Origin: a virus
IMG/VR virus record: IMGVR_UViG_3300027833_003138
Location: 1 to 64,000 of that record
Length of the DNA stretch: 64,000 nt
Reading direction: 5' to 3' (one strand)
Shown: one piece after another, positions 28,728 to 41,766 of the stretch
Layout: the number at the start of each line of letters is the position of its first letter
Numbering within the stretch: the stretch's first letter is position 1
Made by a program: the position numbers and the translations under genes
Notes under the pieces: model-generated
The model's input: the letters and a program-made list of their open reading frames with translations, nothing else
What the model was told of the DNA's origin: nothing
Database searches by the model: none

Positions 28728-29885
28728 TTAATTAAACTCAACCCTCCACATGGATCGAGGTAAGTCTTCGTCTTCAAAAATGTCATATCCAAGATCAACT
28801 ACTATATCTTGTATTTCGCCACAAGTCAACTCTGAACCTTTCATTCTGCTTTGAATTTGTTTGAGCATTGGACATTCTCCACCTTCATGCTTGTTTTCAA
28901 TGTAATTTCTGATTGAAAGATAATCGTTGGGCATATCTTCTAATGGCTCATTGTAATCATCATCATCATAATTTTCGGGAAGAGTAACTTTTGGTTCTCC
29001 ATATTCGTCAAGATCATAATTATCGTCATCAGACAAATCACAATCGTAGTCGCAATTATCATCTTCGCAACAATCGTCTGAATCTGATCCATAGATAGGC
29101 TTATTAGCCTCGTAGATGGGCTTATCAATCTCTTTGCGAGTATCAGTAATGTCAGACACTACCTTGTACTTTGAAACCCTAAGTTTCTGAAAGTTGCAAT
29201 CAGTAGGAACGCTAACTGCATCTGATGGATCAAATTCAACGACAAGTAATTTGCCGTCTGATCCCGCCCAATCGTTAGCGTAATCGTAACTACCCACATG
29301 AAGACCAAAGGAACAATGATGATCCTTGTTGTCATCTACACATCTGCGAGCAACTTCAATCGTTGCACCAACTTCGTTGAGAATTTGATGTCTACCATTA
29401 GTCTCGCCTTGTAATACGATTGTATCTGCATTACCTGTTTGTGACCAATAATCTCCTTGAACCCCCTTATACCCCAACACTTTTCCTTCGGGAGTATTTG
29501 GTAGGGATTTATAACTCAAGAAAGAATATAATTCATTTACAGAATTTGCACTTGGATTGGATTGCAAGCGAGTGATAAAATTTACAAGAGGAGCAGAATC
29601 TTTCATTCCACTACGAAGCATTTCTAGCAACTTGTCAACAACAACTCCATGCAAACGATTGTTCTTGTAGTAAACAACTTCGTCACGAATTTCGATGTCT
29701 CCTTCGATAAAATTTTCGACTGATTTCTTGATGTCAATAAGATCGCCAAGATCATCATACCTAGCATCAAATAATGCCTTGCGTACAAGTTGGAAATTTG
29801 GATGGTCACTACGAAGAGTGTATGGTTTGCCATCCCAAAAGATCGTTACTGAATTTTCGCTTAATGTATATGGTACTTTTTTCAT
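28728..29885 (-). CDS. rIIB: RIIB-like protein with acidic C-terminal extension
   Basis: NPS..SVNELYSFL, GYKGV, CSFGLHVG..DYA, DAVSVPTD...KLRVSKYKV; adjacent to rIIA. Confidence 0.88.
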   Translation of the reverse strand: MKKVPYTLSENSVTIFWDGKPYTLRSDHPNFQLVRKALFDARYDDLGDLIDIKKSVENFIEGDIEIRDEVVYYKNNRLHGVVVDKLLEMLRSGMKDSAPLVNFITRLQSNPSANSVNELYSFLSYKSLPNTPEGKVLGYKGVQGDYWSQTGNADTIVLQGETNGRHQILNEVGATIEVARRCVDDNKDHHCSFGLHVGSYDYANDWAGSDGKLLVVEFDPSDAVSVPTDCNFQKLRVSKYKVVSDITDTRKEIDKPIYEANKPIYGSDSDDCCEDDNCDYDCDLSDDDNYDLDEYGEPKVTLPENYDDDDYNEPLEDMPNDYLSIRNYIENKHEGGECPMLKQIQSRMKGSELTCGEIQDIVVDLGYDIFEDEDLPRSMWRVEFN

Positions 29886-29921
29886 TATTCTAATATAATA
29901 TATTTTTGTTTGTTTGTCAAG

Positions 29922-32210
29922 TTAATTTTTATCACAGAGTAAAATATAATCTATAATATCTTTAAAAAGTTTTTCTTCTGCTCTATATGAATTTACACTA
30001 TTTGATACATAATCGAGGAAAGAATACTTTTCTCTAATTGTATCTATATCTTTTGCGAATTGCTTCGCAGAAAATCCATTGTCAAGATTGAATTTGAGCC
30101 AATCTTTATCGAACTTAGAAATGAATGCGATTGCAGAAGAACATTGAGGGCAAGCACCTTCATTGATAACAATCTGAAAGTTATCTCTGATCTTGCGTAT
30201 CAAATTATCTTTTGGTAGTTTATCGAATTTAATTCGGGTTGAATTCATAATATATGCAAGATTGTATCTGCAATCAGCAACAGACTTCTGAATGTCCGTA
30301 TCATCGTGATGAAGGGAATCTACGCTAAACTTAATGTACGATTTTTTTGCTTCTGTTAAGTTTGAGAGTAAATAATCTTTAGAGTTTTGAAGAAGAAAAT
30401 CTTCAAAGGAAATCCAAGAATCTGAATCCAACTTAGATACATCTCCGCTACGAATTCCGAATAAGCGAAACTTTTTCGCATCTGATTTTTCATCTGACCT
30501 TCTACGCACTCTACCGCATAAACTATACACCTTGCCGAGATCATAGTCATCACTATCAATCTTGTAATTCTTGATTTTTACATATACAAGTTTGCCATCA
30601 ATAGCACCACTAGTATCATCTTGGATTTTGTCAATATCTTCTTTAACATTTTTCCAATAATCTATATTGCGATAACTAGGCTTATCTTGCACCATTTCAA
30701 ATAATGGAATGTTTGCACGACTACCATTAGATTTGCGTACTCCATTGTATTGAATTTTTTCTTTAACTACATTGGATGTAAGTCGAATATGCTTCTTGTC
30801 TACAAGATCAAAATTCCATTCATCTTTGATATAGCTTTTCGCAGATTTAGTCAATGGATTGATAAAGAATATTGTATTCAATTTATCATTTTCATTAAAT
30901 ATAGTTCTTGCACGAAGATTGTTGCCGTGTGAAGATTCTATATCTTGATATAAGAATATAGTCTCGTCATCACAATGTATTCGAGTAACTTTGTTCGAGC
31001 GAACTTTAAATCCATTTCTTGCAGAAGAGTCGTTATCCCTAGTTGTTTGAGTAAGAATTAAATCATCATACATTTTATGATCTCGATGAAATGTTGCCGA
31101 TTGAATCTTGATGCCATTCCACTCGAAAGCGTTTTCAAAAATTTGCCTCATGTTATATGGCATAGAATTAACTATTCTTGCATAGTTACTTTTTGCCTCA
31201 AAAAGATCATTTGAATCTGCGAGTTTTTCTTTGGCGATTTCTTGCACTTCATCACAAGCCTTTAACATTGCACCAACAATCTTTTGTTGTGTTGCCTTAT
31301 TGTATTCCAATGACTCTCTGCTATGATGCAATTTGACTGCACCTAATGGTAATCGCAAATAAAAATTTGTTTGACCAAGTAGGTTGTAGATAATATCTTT
31401 CTTCCTTGAACTCTCTACAAAATTATCAACTTGAACAGAGTTTTTATCTAGTGGATAGGCAACTCTTCCCATGATAATGTGAGCATTATAACTTCTTTGA
31501 CTATAGTAAGAATCATTGCGTTCATCTTCTAAAAAGAACCAAGAACCATTTTTTGATTCAATAACCTTGTTCCTATCTCTGATAAAAGTTCCATCGTCAC
31601 CAATAAACTTTGGCATTTCTTTGTCGGAAAAGAACTCAAAAAAGTTTTTAATTATCTTGCGAAAATCATCTACATCTGATTCTGCAACTGCAACCTCAAT
31701 ACAAAGACCACTTGGCTCATTGCTTGGTTCGGGTTCTTGTAACTCTACAATTTTTGTGTCATCATCGTCATTAACAAAGACATTGTATGAACTCTTGAGT
31801 CCACCATTATAGGAAACGCAAGTAAAGTTGTCTCCATAAGAAAGAGGAGCAAATTTACCAATACCAAACGCACCAATATAATTGTTCGATTGTCTTTTGG
31901 TACTCTTGCCATACTTAGAATATAAGCCGAATACATCTTCTTTGCTTAGTCCACCGCCAAAGTCACGAACTCTGAAAGTAGGACTTAGCTTGCTAGGGAT
32001 TGAGATTTCAATCGGTCGAGTTTCGTTTGCTTCGACATTCGCATCTAGTGCGTTAGCACTAATCTCACGAACGACTGCAAGTCGAGTGTTAGAGTAATTG
32101 TTTCGCAAAAGCGAGGCAACATAACGCATATCTTCGGCATCAATAGTACAATTTACGGAATCAAAATCGTGCGATTGCACAATGGTTTTTTTATCTTTTT
32201 CAATTATCAT
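29922..32210 (-). CDS. rIIA: RIIA-like protein (GHKL ATPase N-terminus)
   Basis: YSN..LAVVREISANALDA, VRDFGGGL, YGKSTK, GAFGIGKFAPLSY, SRESLEY. Confidence 0.9.
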   Translation of the reverse strand: MIIEKDKKTIVQSHDFDSVNCTIDAEDMRYVASLLRNNYSNTRLAVVREISANALDANVEANETRPIEISIPSKLSPTFRVRDFGGGLSKEDVFGLYSKYGKSTKRQSNNYIGAFGIGKFAPLSYGDNFTCVSYNGGLKSSYNVFVNDDDDTKIVELQEPEPSNEPSGLCIEVAVAESDVDDFRKIIKNFFEFFSDKEMPKFIGDDGTFIRDRNKVIESKNGSWFFLEDERNDSYYSQRSYNAHIIMGRVAYPLDKNSVQVDNFVESSRKKDIIYNLLGQTNFYLRLPLGAVKLHHSRESLEYNKATQQKIVGAMLKACDEVQEIAKEKLADSNDLFEAKSNYARIVNSMPYNMRQIFENAFEWNGIKIQSATFHRDHKMYDDLILTQTTRDNDSSARNGFKVRSNKVTRIHCDDETIFLYQDIESSHGNNLRARTIFNENDKLNTIFFINPLTKSAKSYIKDEWNFDLVDKKHIRLTSNVVKEKIQYNGVRKSNGSRANIPLFEMVQDKPSYRNIDYWKNVKEDIDKIQDDTSGAIDGKLVYVKIKNYKIDSDDYDLGKVYSLCGRVRRRSDEKSDAKKFRLFGIRSGDVSKLDSDSWISFEDFLLQNSKDYLLSNLTEAKKSYIKFSVDSLHHDDTDIQKSVADCRYNLAYIMNSTRIKFDKLPKDNLIRKIRDNFQIVINEGACPQCSSAIAFISKFDKDWLKFNLDNGFSAKQFAKDIDTIREKYSFLDYVSNSVNSYRAEEKLFKDIIDYILLCDKN

Positions 32211-32282
32211 TTTTTTTCAATTAGTTTTGTTTTAAGTAAGACTCTATCTTAATATAGGTTTTAAAGTTTGTCAAGAAAAAAG

Positions 32283-35200
32283 TTATTGTAATCTTCCACC
32301 GCCATCAATTACATTACGCAAGCAACTTGATTGACCTTTCCTAGAGGAAATTGACTTGGCTTGGTTGAAGCTATCTGCACTAGCGTACTGCACTAAAATT
32401 GGAGTGCTTTTATCTAAATATACCATCATACCCTTGCGAGGTTGTGAGGCTAACTCTTTTTCGTGCTTCTCAATTGAAGCTTTCATGTCTGCAATAAAAT
32501 CTATCATTCCTAAAGTATGGCACAAAAATTAAATTGCGTCAAGACTTTTTTTTAAAAGAAATCAAGAATGCTCGCAAACCTCTAAAACTTCACTCTCATC
32601 AATCCATTTATTTGCGAATGGACATTTTCTTTCCATCTTTAAGAGTTTTATACTCCAATGCTTATGATCCATCATCTCTAATTGATAGAACAAAGCTTCA
32701 CTTGCGTTCCGTGCGAGATAGTAATGGTAATTGTGCCCTACAGAATTACCGCTAGTATATTCTATGCGAAACTCATACAATCTATCTTCATCCATCTAAA
32801 TCTTCTATATTAAAATCTTCTAAATCTAGTTCTTCTACTTCTTTAACTGCTTTATTTAATTCTTTTTTTTCTTTAGTTATTTTTTCTCTACTGAATCCCC
32901 AAAATGTTATTTCCCATAATACATGAGCAACGATGGTAGTTTGATTAAATTTTTTAGGAGCAATAACTTCGCAGTCGATTATCTCTCCCCAATCCATAAA
33001 ATCTAAAGCATAGTGTTCATCTTCATGGTCATCATAAAAACATACATCTATTATTTGCTCTTTTTCGTTTTCGACTTCATTTAAGACAACTAAGTTTTTT
33101 GTTTTATTGTTTTGTTCGACAGACTTTAATTCTCTAAATGCTTGTTCAAATTTTATTGATAGATCAACAACCTTATCTTGAGGGTGATCTTTTAAGAAAG
33201 TTTTGTATATAACATTGAAAATATTTTTATATGATTTTCTGTATAATAGTTCTCTTAATGTCATATATGTATATACACCTTATTTAGTTACAGATTTTCG
33301 TCAGACCAATATATATCTTCAAACAAAACAAAATCAATATTTGATCCATTTTCTTGTTCAACTCCGACTGCAATGCCTTCTGAGACTGAGATTCCAGAAT
33401 CTTCCCAAAAGAATTCTTCCACTTCACTAGCGTACATTATTTGATAGCTATTTATTTTTTTTGTATTTGCTTTCATATTAAAAATCTTTTATATCATCTT
33501 CGTCTATAGTATCTAGTCCGACAAATTTATATAACCAAGCCGAGAAATCTCTTAGGTCATATAGAAATCTTTTTGTGTTATTGTTTGCGACCCAAAACAT
33601 TTGTTGTTGCAATAACATTCCGTGCCTTTCTGATATTTCTTCAAGCTTTGAAATGGGCAAGTCTTCTGTGCAAGTTTCATACATTAAATTTATAGCTTCC
33701 ATTTTTCTAGCAATCTCTTCGTCATAATCTTCTTCCATATTTATTCTCCTATGGTGGATAATTCTATCATTTCTGATATATGCTTTTGCAATTCGAGTTC
33801 TATTTTATTTGCTAGAATTTCTCTTGCACTTTCGCTTTTTATATTTATTTGTGAGTCTTGCAACTCCTCTAAAACTTTAAGGATTATTTCTTTCATATTC
33901 ATCTATTATAACATATCTATTCTTATTTGTCAAGAATATTTTTAGCCTTCGTAATCGTCAAATTCATTTGATTCGGGATCAAAAATTGGAAATAGATAAC
34001 TTATTTGCGTTCCATCTTTTTCTTCTTCCATAACTGCTTCGTATCTTATTTCACCACTCGCTTCATGCCATAGTCCATCTACCATAATTCCGCTTTTAAA
34101 AACAGAGGAAAATGTATGATCCATGTGGAATCTGACATATCTTTTACTTTTCTCCCCTACATCCATTTGACTCTTTCAAGCATAAAGCTAAAGATTCTAA
34201 ATCGAATCGAGATTGAGTGGAAGTGGCAAAAAGATTTCTGTTGTCCATTTGATTCCATATTTGTTTGCATAAAGAAATTTTTTCAATTAAGTTAATTTCT
34301 TTCATTTGATTCACGATTTCTCTCCAAAAAGAATATGACTTTCTGTCTCTTATTTGTTTTTCTTTGTGGAATAATTTAATATTATTTGCTTCAATTAAAT
34401 CTTCAAAATCTAAATATTTAAAAGTGCAAAGTTTATTATTTAATAAAACTTCTCTCATCGAGTAAATAACCAAACTCCCATACTAATAATTAATATGACA
34501 TTTACTGCAATAACTGAAATGGCTATTTTATCACCCATTAAATATTACCTTTCCGTTTTTATAATCAAATAAAAGTTTTGTTATTTCTGTATTTATTTGG
34601 TGATGTTCATTTTCTTCATTGGGTGGATCAACACGATATGCCGAGCAACTCCATTCGTACCCATCAAAGTCATCATACTTTTGTCCAAAGTTCGCCTCAT
34701 GAATGTTATAGTCAATAAAATTTCCATTATTTAATGGAACGCTATTCCAATAGTCAAAATTATCTCCATCAGTTTCGAGGTCGGGATTAACTTCAACTTT
34801 TTTTATATGCGATAACGCTTTGTCGATTATTAATAATTCAACTTCTTTATCTAATTCTAGTAACATTCTCTTATTTATCCTTATTTGAAATTATCCCATT
34901 TTGAATTAACTGCTCGAATACATTCCACATTTTTTGATAGCGAGTATCGTGAAGTTGTTTTATTCCAATTAACATATTTAATATTTGGTCTTCGGTATGC
35001 TTGATCGGACAATCTCCAATCGCATATATAATTGTATCTATGTCTTCACCTGTTTGGTAGAGATTACTCATCGCGTCTTCTAGTTCAAATCTATTCATGC
35101 TTACAACTATATGATATTCTCAAGGATTTGTCAAGCCTAATCTTCTGTTGATTTTATTACTTGGGAGATTGATGCAGTATATAGCCTTTTCCTATCAAGT

Positions 35201-38200
35201 AGTTGTTTGTATTTTTTCTTAGCTTTATCTAGCGAGTTGAATGTTTGCCATTCATTGATTTGCAGAGGGCTTTGTTTGATAGTTAAAGACCATGAAACAA
35301 CATATTTTTGATTATCGACCGACATAAAATCTTATATATCAAGCTGATCTTTTGTTAATCTGTGCAGAGTTTCTAGCCTATCTTCTGCATCTGCGAGGAG
35401 AGACAATGCTTCTTCTGCGTTTTTGTAAAAGTCTTCAGTCGAATGATCTCCGATTCCAACTGCATTATTTCCTAGCAGATCAAGGCTCAACTTGGCTTTT
35501 GCCACATCTGCTTTTGCAGAACTCTTTAACATTTGGTATAAATTATTGTTCATCTTCATTCGTAAATAATAACATAAAACTTGCCCAAATACAATAACAA
35601 AATACGCCAATCGCCAAAAAAGTTCCTTTCAGCCAATCTAAAAATTTATTCATTTGAGTAGGGTTTTACATCTTTATTTAAAAGAATCTTTTTTTCTTCG
35701 TATTCAGAAATCAACCTTCTATATAATTCCATTTTTGCACATTCTAATGCCCCAACGATGTCATTATATGTTTGATAACTTTTTTTATTTTGCGAAATAT
35801 ATTGTGCAATTATTTGGTGGATTGCATAATTTAAACCACCCGAATCGTTAATTTCTGATAAATTGAGAGCGATTAAGCCTCGATCTACTTTTTCTTTTTC
35901 TGATGTTGGTATATATGGCATGGAGATATTATATTTGATTTATTTAAAAATGTCAAGCGTTATTTTTCTTGTTGTTTATAAATGCTATATTTGTGAGTTC
36001 TCGAAAATGCAAGTTTGAAGTATGTAAAAAATTCTGCTTCTCTAACATGAATATTGTAACCATCGTTATCATATATTCTATACAATGATGTTTTAAATTT
36101 CATTGGTAAATAAAAATTTCTATTCATACATTTCTTGACGAATACAACTGCATGATCTAATACCTTTCGGGATATTTTATTTGCTTTAAATTTGTTTTTA
36201 ATAAATTCTAAATACTCTTGTTTTTCTTTGTTTCTTACCTTTGCTATATATTTATCATATGCAGATTGGAAATCTTGAATAGTTAAAGCAGTATCTCGCC
36301 CGACATCTTGTTCTGTTGTGAATTTTTTAGAAGTTTTTTTTTCGCTTATTTTATTTCGGCATTCTATATTTGATTTATACATTTCTTTTTGTCGCTTTAA
36401 TTCAAGATCATTATCTTGCATTTTAACTATGGCTTTGTTTTCAGTCATTTTTCCATCAAGCACCTCTCTAACGCAAATTTGCACTATACTTGTTGTGACT
36501 CTGTAAGGATAATTTCTGCAAATGAATTTATAAAACTTGCCACTTATTTTGCCGTGCTTTAATTTTTTATGCAAGTATCTTCTGTAGTTGCAATTTTTTG
36601 TATTGTGCAATGTTTTCATATGTACATATTTTAGCTTTTTATCGACATATATTTAAAATGTGTCGATTTTGTAAGCATATTATTTTGTTTATTTGTTTTC
36701 TTTATTCCCCCAAAAGCCACAAACGCATGGCTTGTTATTTTTTTGATTTGCTCCTTCTTGGAAGCCTTTTTCATATGATTGATTTGCGTTTTTACTTAAT
36801 ATTTTTTCAAATTTTTTAGATAATATTTCTTGTGCATCTGCGAAACCTTTATTGTATCCACGCTCGTAGTAGATGTTTTCTGCTATATCTTGTGTCATGT
36901 CGCTGTTCATATTATCTCATATTTTTTTGAGTTTGTCAAATCTTTAATCTTCGTGCAACTTTCTTTTATTTATTGTCATTTTCCAAACCTTGTGTTCTGT
37001 ATCAAGCTCCATGCTCCAATACATTATTTTACTATAGACAGGATATAAGAAAGCAAATAAATCACAATACAATAAAAAACTTAATGCGTGACCGCAATAA
37101 TATAAAAAATTACTTGCAATTAACTTCATCTATTTTAGCTTGTACTGCTTCTTCGCAGAGTTCGTTGAATGTTATATTTCTTTCGTGTGCGAATTTCATG
37201 TATTTGAGCAATTCTTCATCATCAAATTGTAATTCTATATTTTCGTATTTTACTTTTTTAATAATAAATGCTTCGTCTTGAGGAATGAATTTTAAATCAT
37301 CCCCTTCTTCCCAACCCAAACGATTCAAAACATCATCGGGGAGGCGGAAATATAATTCGCCATCAAAACTTTCTTTAACTTCTAATTCTGATATTTTCAT
37401 CTATATGTTTTTTCTACTCTTGATTGATGCAATGATACATTTCGCTCCATGCTCGTTTGAGGTCATTAAAGCTTCTCCGTTGGACATCATTATTTTGTAC
37501 ATTAGTTTTCCAGAATGAATTCTTTCTTTTACATAAATTACTTGTTTGGGATTTATATGGTATTTTTCGTTATTTGCGTCTTCTATTGTTATCATTTTTT
37601 ATAAAGCTAGTGGTTAGTTTATATTTGCTTCTCTCTCTTTTTTAATTGCAGTATATATTTTGTAAATCATATCTTTCTGCGTATTGTACTTTATTTGAGA
37701 GTCAAGATCAATACCTTCTGCTATAGTTCTGTCAACATTTCTGACTGCAAGTAAGGCAAGGTTGAATCCGTGTTTTGCTCCATTATTAAATTGATCATAC
37801 TCTTTGCTCATTTTTATTTGAACATATCGTCTTCTTGATTATAGAGATCGTCTTGAAATTTTTGAACTTTGTCTTGATGCTTTGCTTCGTCCCAACCTTT
37901 CGCATAGCCTTCGTTATATGTTTTCATAAAATTTTCTTCTTGAGCGAGATACATTGGGTGGTCGGGGTCAGTATAATTATATTTCGTGTGACCTTGTCGA
38001 TTTTCATCTATTTCTTCTTGAGTGAACCATTTATATTCTGTATTGAATAATTCATCAACATTGCTCGGATGGTATCCCATACTGACGAGTAAGCCTTTAA
38101 ACATATCTCCAACGCTTTCTATATCTGCATCGTTATCATATTCAACGCTATAAGTTTTGTCGTAATTTGTAATTGTTATTTTCATTATTTACTCCAATCG

Positions 38201-38744
38201 CTTTCTAAAATATATTTTTTACTTACTTTATTCATTGCGAAAGCTCTATTTTTTATTTCCGCCTCTTTATTCGATAGTCTTGCGGAGTAAATTCTTGCGT
38301 AGGGGGCTTGCAGTTTTGTGTTTACTAATATATATTTATTTACTTTTGAATTGTCTTCTATCATTTTTATATTTTACTTTTATCTTCCTTGTATATGATT
38401 TTGCTCTTGCTTGAATTTGTTATGTTCATGTCTTTATATTATAGGTCTTGGTTTAGTTTGTCAAGCTCAAAATCTTCTTTTGTTTTGTTATTTAATTTAA
38501 TTAAAGTTCCTTTTTCGATATGTAACTCACTCTCTACTTCTTTGGCGACTTTCTCGCCAATTGATATTTCGTGATCTTTTGATAGAGAGTCTAATAATTG
38601 AACTAAACTTCTTCCTGTCTTAGTTCTATATTCTTGCCCACTCAAAAATAAATTCTCAGTATTCATAAGCATGAGATTATCTATTTTAACGATGACATGG
38701 TTGAATGCATCTGTACTTCCTCGTAATCCTAGTTGTATTTTCAT
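32283..38744 (-). other. Cluster of about 20 small hypothetical CDSs (incl. 32788..33264, 35332..35559, 35646..35921, 35960..36619, 37814..38185)
   Basis: Contiguous minus-strand ORFs; MPYI... and VGIGDHS phage-type families recognisable. Confidence 0.7.
37110..37400 (-). CDS. AbrB/MazE-like DNA-binding protein
   Basis: GELYFRLPDDVLNRLGWEEGDDLKF swapped-hairpin signature. Confidence 0.7.
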   Translation of the reverse strand: MKISELEVKESFDGELYFRLPDDVLNRLGWEEGDDLKFIPQDEAFIIKKVKYENIELQFDDEELLKYMKFAHERNITFNELCEEAVQAKIDEVNCK

Positions 38745-39068
38745 TTAATTATATATTTTAATATTTGATATACCCAAGTGAAGTACCATGTACCGCACAA
38801 TAGAAGGCATATTATGTTGAAGCAATTTATTGGCACGAATTTAATTATACTTCTTTTTTTTGTTCTTGTCAAGCTTGTTTTTGGCACTCTTCCATTTTAT
38901 TTTGGAATAGTTGTCTTGAAATTGTTTCGAAAAATTGCTTCGAGGCGAGTCGCCTTTGCCATTTTGATTATTTGATGATTTGCCTTTTGTCATTTTATAC
39001 AAAATATACTAACATAATTATGATCCCTACAACAATACCCAATTCAATAAAGAATGTTAGTCTGCTCT

Positions 39069-40088
39069 TCATCCGTATAACGCTTTTTGCAGTAAGCGAA
39101 TAGCTTTGTCTTTGCCTTTAACTTCACATTCCCACTTTGCGGGTCTATCTACATCTATCGCAATATGAGGGGGGGTATTTCCAAGAGCGAAATAATCTGC
39201 GTGCGCTCTTGGTTTTTCGGGCTTACCTTCAGACCAATGAAATACAGGAGCAAAATAATCTGCCACTGCCTCGCATTCATCGTCATGCGGTTTATCTGTA
39301 TTTACCCATGTGTAAGCACATCTCTCTGCTTGAAATGTAATATTGCGTTCTTCTGATGGATTGCAAAAATCATGTAAATTGTCATAGCAGACAGGTATTT
39401 GAGCTCCGAATGTATCGTATAAGTGGTCGCTAAATTTTATGCAGTTATCTACATTAAAGAAACCTTTGTCTTCGTTTTCTATAGTTATTCGTTTGTAAAC
39501 TCCTTTATCGCACATAGAAAGATTGCGGAAGAATCTGGTAGCGACAATCTCTAATGTTTCATCTGCTTGTGGAGTGTAATTAATGTGAATATTCATTGGG
39601 GCACTATGATCTTGAGGTAAGCCTAATTGGTCAAGGACACTTGCTTGAAAATTTAATTCATTTATCGTTCGCTTTACTGCATCTTTATTATTTGACGCAA
39701 GAACATTAAATTGATCGGGGTGAGAGCCGATAGAAATCCTCAATGTTCGAGCAATTAATCCTGCTTGCCTTAATTCCTGTTTGATCGTGGCGTAATTCGG
39801 AAGGTCTTCAAGAGATATTTCCAAAGTTTGATCGGTAAGGAGAGGAAAAAGAGAAGAGCTAAGGCGATAATGCCTAATATTTGTGGCACTGCAATGATTG
39901 ATAATATATTGAGTAACAATAACATTGTGCAAAATTCTTTCAGAGAGTTGACTAAGGGCTTCATTTCTACTTTCTGAGTTACACAAATCATTGAATCTCT
40001 TGCGAGTCATTGTGCGAAATGAGTATTTCTTTTTGTCTTTATCTTTGAGTTCCTCACTAATGCAAGTTAGTCCTAGTATTGTTGTCAT
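39069..40088 (-). CDS. uvsE: UV-damage endonuclease (UvsE/UVDE)
   Basis: YRLSSSLFP, HPDQFNVL, NIH, IENEDK, DNLH, FHWSE, HAD, EVKGKD. Confidence 0.92.
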   Translation of the reverse strand: MTTILGLTCISEELKDKDKKKYSFRTMTRKRFNDLCNSESRNEALSQLSERILHNVIVTQYIINHCSATNIRHYRLSSSLFPLLTDQTLEISLEDLPNYATIKQELRQAGLIARTLRISIGSHPDQFNVLASNNKDAVKRTINELNFQASVLDQLGLPQDHSAPMNIHINYTPQADETLEIVATRFFRNLSMCDKGVYKRITIENEDKGFFNVDNCIKFSDHLYDTFGAQIPVCYDNLHDFCNPSEERNITFQAERCAYTWVNTDKPHDDECEAVADYFAPVFHWSEGKPEKPRAHADYFALGNTPPHIAIDVDRPAKWECEVKGKDKAIRLLQKALYG

Positions 40089-40149
40089 GTTTTATAGTAT
40101 AACACCTCGAATGGTGGTTGTCAAGCGTTTTCTGGGTGTATATAGCTTT

Positions 40150-40386
40150 ATGGAAATTGAAGAAATAGTATTGATTGCGTTAGGAACAATGGTGTCTGTT
40201 GTGGCATTTTTCCTAAAAAAAGAAAATGTACGAGTTGAGAGGTTGAGCGAAAAAATTAGAAATCTAGAAATCTCTTTAGCTAAAAATGAAGCGAGAGATT
40301 GCGAAAGATGGATTCAGATATCCAAGCTTCTTGAGGATAGGAGAAATGATGTAATAAACTTATACAAAAGCATAAACAAAAAATAA
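40150..40386 (+). CDS. N-terminal TM plus coiled-coil protein
   Basis: Start reassigned to MEIEEIVLIALG; preceded by a GTGTA motif. Confidence 0.65.
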   Translation: MEIEEIVLIALGTMVSVVAFFLKKENVRVERLSEKIRNLEISLAKNEARDCERWIQISKLLEDRRNDVINLYKSINKK

Positions 40387-40616
40387 TATGCAAATGCTAG
40401 TGGATATATGGGAGGCTTTTTTGCTTATTTATCTTATAATTGCCATGGGAATGATATTTCTATTTAATAAATGATCGACAAAGCAACCCAAACTGATCTT
40501 TATATTTTAATCTCTTTGATTTTGTTTTTTATTGAGAGGGAGGCTGTTATTGAAGTTGCGTTCTTTATTATAGAAATGTTTTTTTTACTAATGTCGTTGT
40601 GACTATTTCTTGGGAT

Positions 40617-41198
40617 TTACTTCAAGCTATCCCACTCTTCCCAATTTGCTAATTCTTGGGTTGAGGCTTCGCATTTCGGAATTGCCGTTTTTACCAAAAA
40701 ATCTGTAGTGCCTTGATCTGCAATTAATTTATTTTTAAATGCATCAAAAAACAATTGAAAACAGTCTATTCTTTCTTGAGGGAATTGAAACTCTTTACCT
40801 TTTGTGATTCTTCCCTTTTTAAGCCAAGTTAGTGGATGCTTGTTGCTTTTATTTGCATTGCAAGTCTTGCAAGATGGAATGATATTCCCTTCGTGCTCCA
40901 AGCCAAACATTGGGGGATTAAATAGCCTGCCATTTGTAGGCATAAAATGATCCATATCCTTAAAATCTTCCACACCGCAATACCAACATTTTCCATCGAC
41001 TATGATAGTTTTGAATATTTTTTTCTTTCTTATTTCATCTTCATCCGTCCATGTTGAAGGCTCAAAAAAAGCTACAAAATCTTTTATTAATCCATTGAGC
41101 ATACTATGTCCTCGAAATAGAATATTTGAGTTATATCTCTTTGTCATTTGTTTTTTTACATTTTTTAGAATATGTGCCCATTGCACAAAAGAATGCAC
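40617..41198 (-). CDS. HNH endonuclease
   Basis: CWYCG...DHFMP...NIIPSCKTCNANKS. Confidence 0.85.
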   Translation of the reverse strand: MHSFVQWAHILKNVKKQMTKRYNSNILFRGHSMLNGLIKDFVAFFEPSTWTDEDEIRKKKIFKTIIVDGKCWYCGVEDFKDMDHFMPTNGRLFNPPMFGLEHEGNIIPSCKTCNANKSNKHPLTWLKKGRITKGKEFQFPQERIDCFQLFFDAFKNKLIADQGTTDFLVKTAIPKCEASTQELANWEEWDSLK

Positions 41199-41318
41199 AA
41201 GATAGGTATAAGAAAGAGAAGCTGTAATTAACTTTCAAGAGTTGTACGCATAGGATAAAATTTACAATCATGCACACAATGCATGATTTACCTAATAAGT
41301 TGCAATGCCTCCAAGGTC

Positions 41319-41627
41319 TCATTCTAGACCATGATCTTTTTTGTCTTCATCTGTCCATTTTGGCGTATCCGAGCCAAAAAGATCGTCTATGACGCATGTT
41401 CCGAACTCTTCAACGGAATGGTTTTTAGGCATTAGGGATTGTATATAAGCTAGAACTTTTTTACCGACTTCTTCATGCACAGGAGAAAAAGCGTATGTTG
41501 TCATATCTAAGTCGCTACCATATCCAAATTCTAAAATAATGTGGCAATCATCTAGGACATCTTTATTTGTTATCGGGCAAGCGATATTTAAATCGTCATC
41601 ATAGAATGGATCTGTTTTTTTACTCAT
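41319..41627 (-). CDS. Hypothetical protein
   Basis: FGYGSDLD motif; leaderless promoter. Confidence 0.7.
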   Translation of the reverse strand: MSKKTDPFYDDDLNIACPITNKDVLDDCHIILEFGYGSDLDMTTYAFSPVHEEVGKKVLAYIQSLMPKNHSVEEFGTCVIDDLFGSDTPKWTDEDKKDHGLE

Positions 41628-41668
41628 AATTAAAGTTTAGCATATTTTTTAAAAAATGTCAAGGAAAA

Positions 41669-41762
41669 TGGCGGAGAGAACAGGATTCGAACCTGCGGAA
41701 GGGCAATAAGCTCTTCAACGGTTTAGCAAACCGCCGCCTTAAACCAACTCAGCCATCTCTCC
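41669..41762 (-). tRNA. tRNA-Ser(GCT)
   Basis: GGAGAGATGGCTGAG...TTGCTAA...long variable arm...GGTTCGAATCC...CTCTCCGCCA. Confidence 0.95.
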
Positions 41763-41766
41763 AAAG

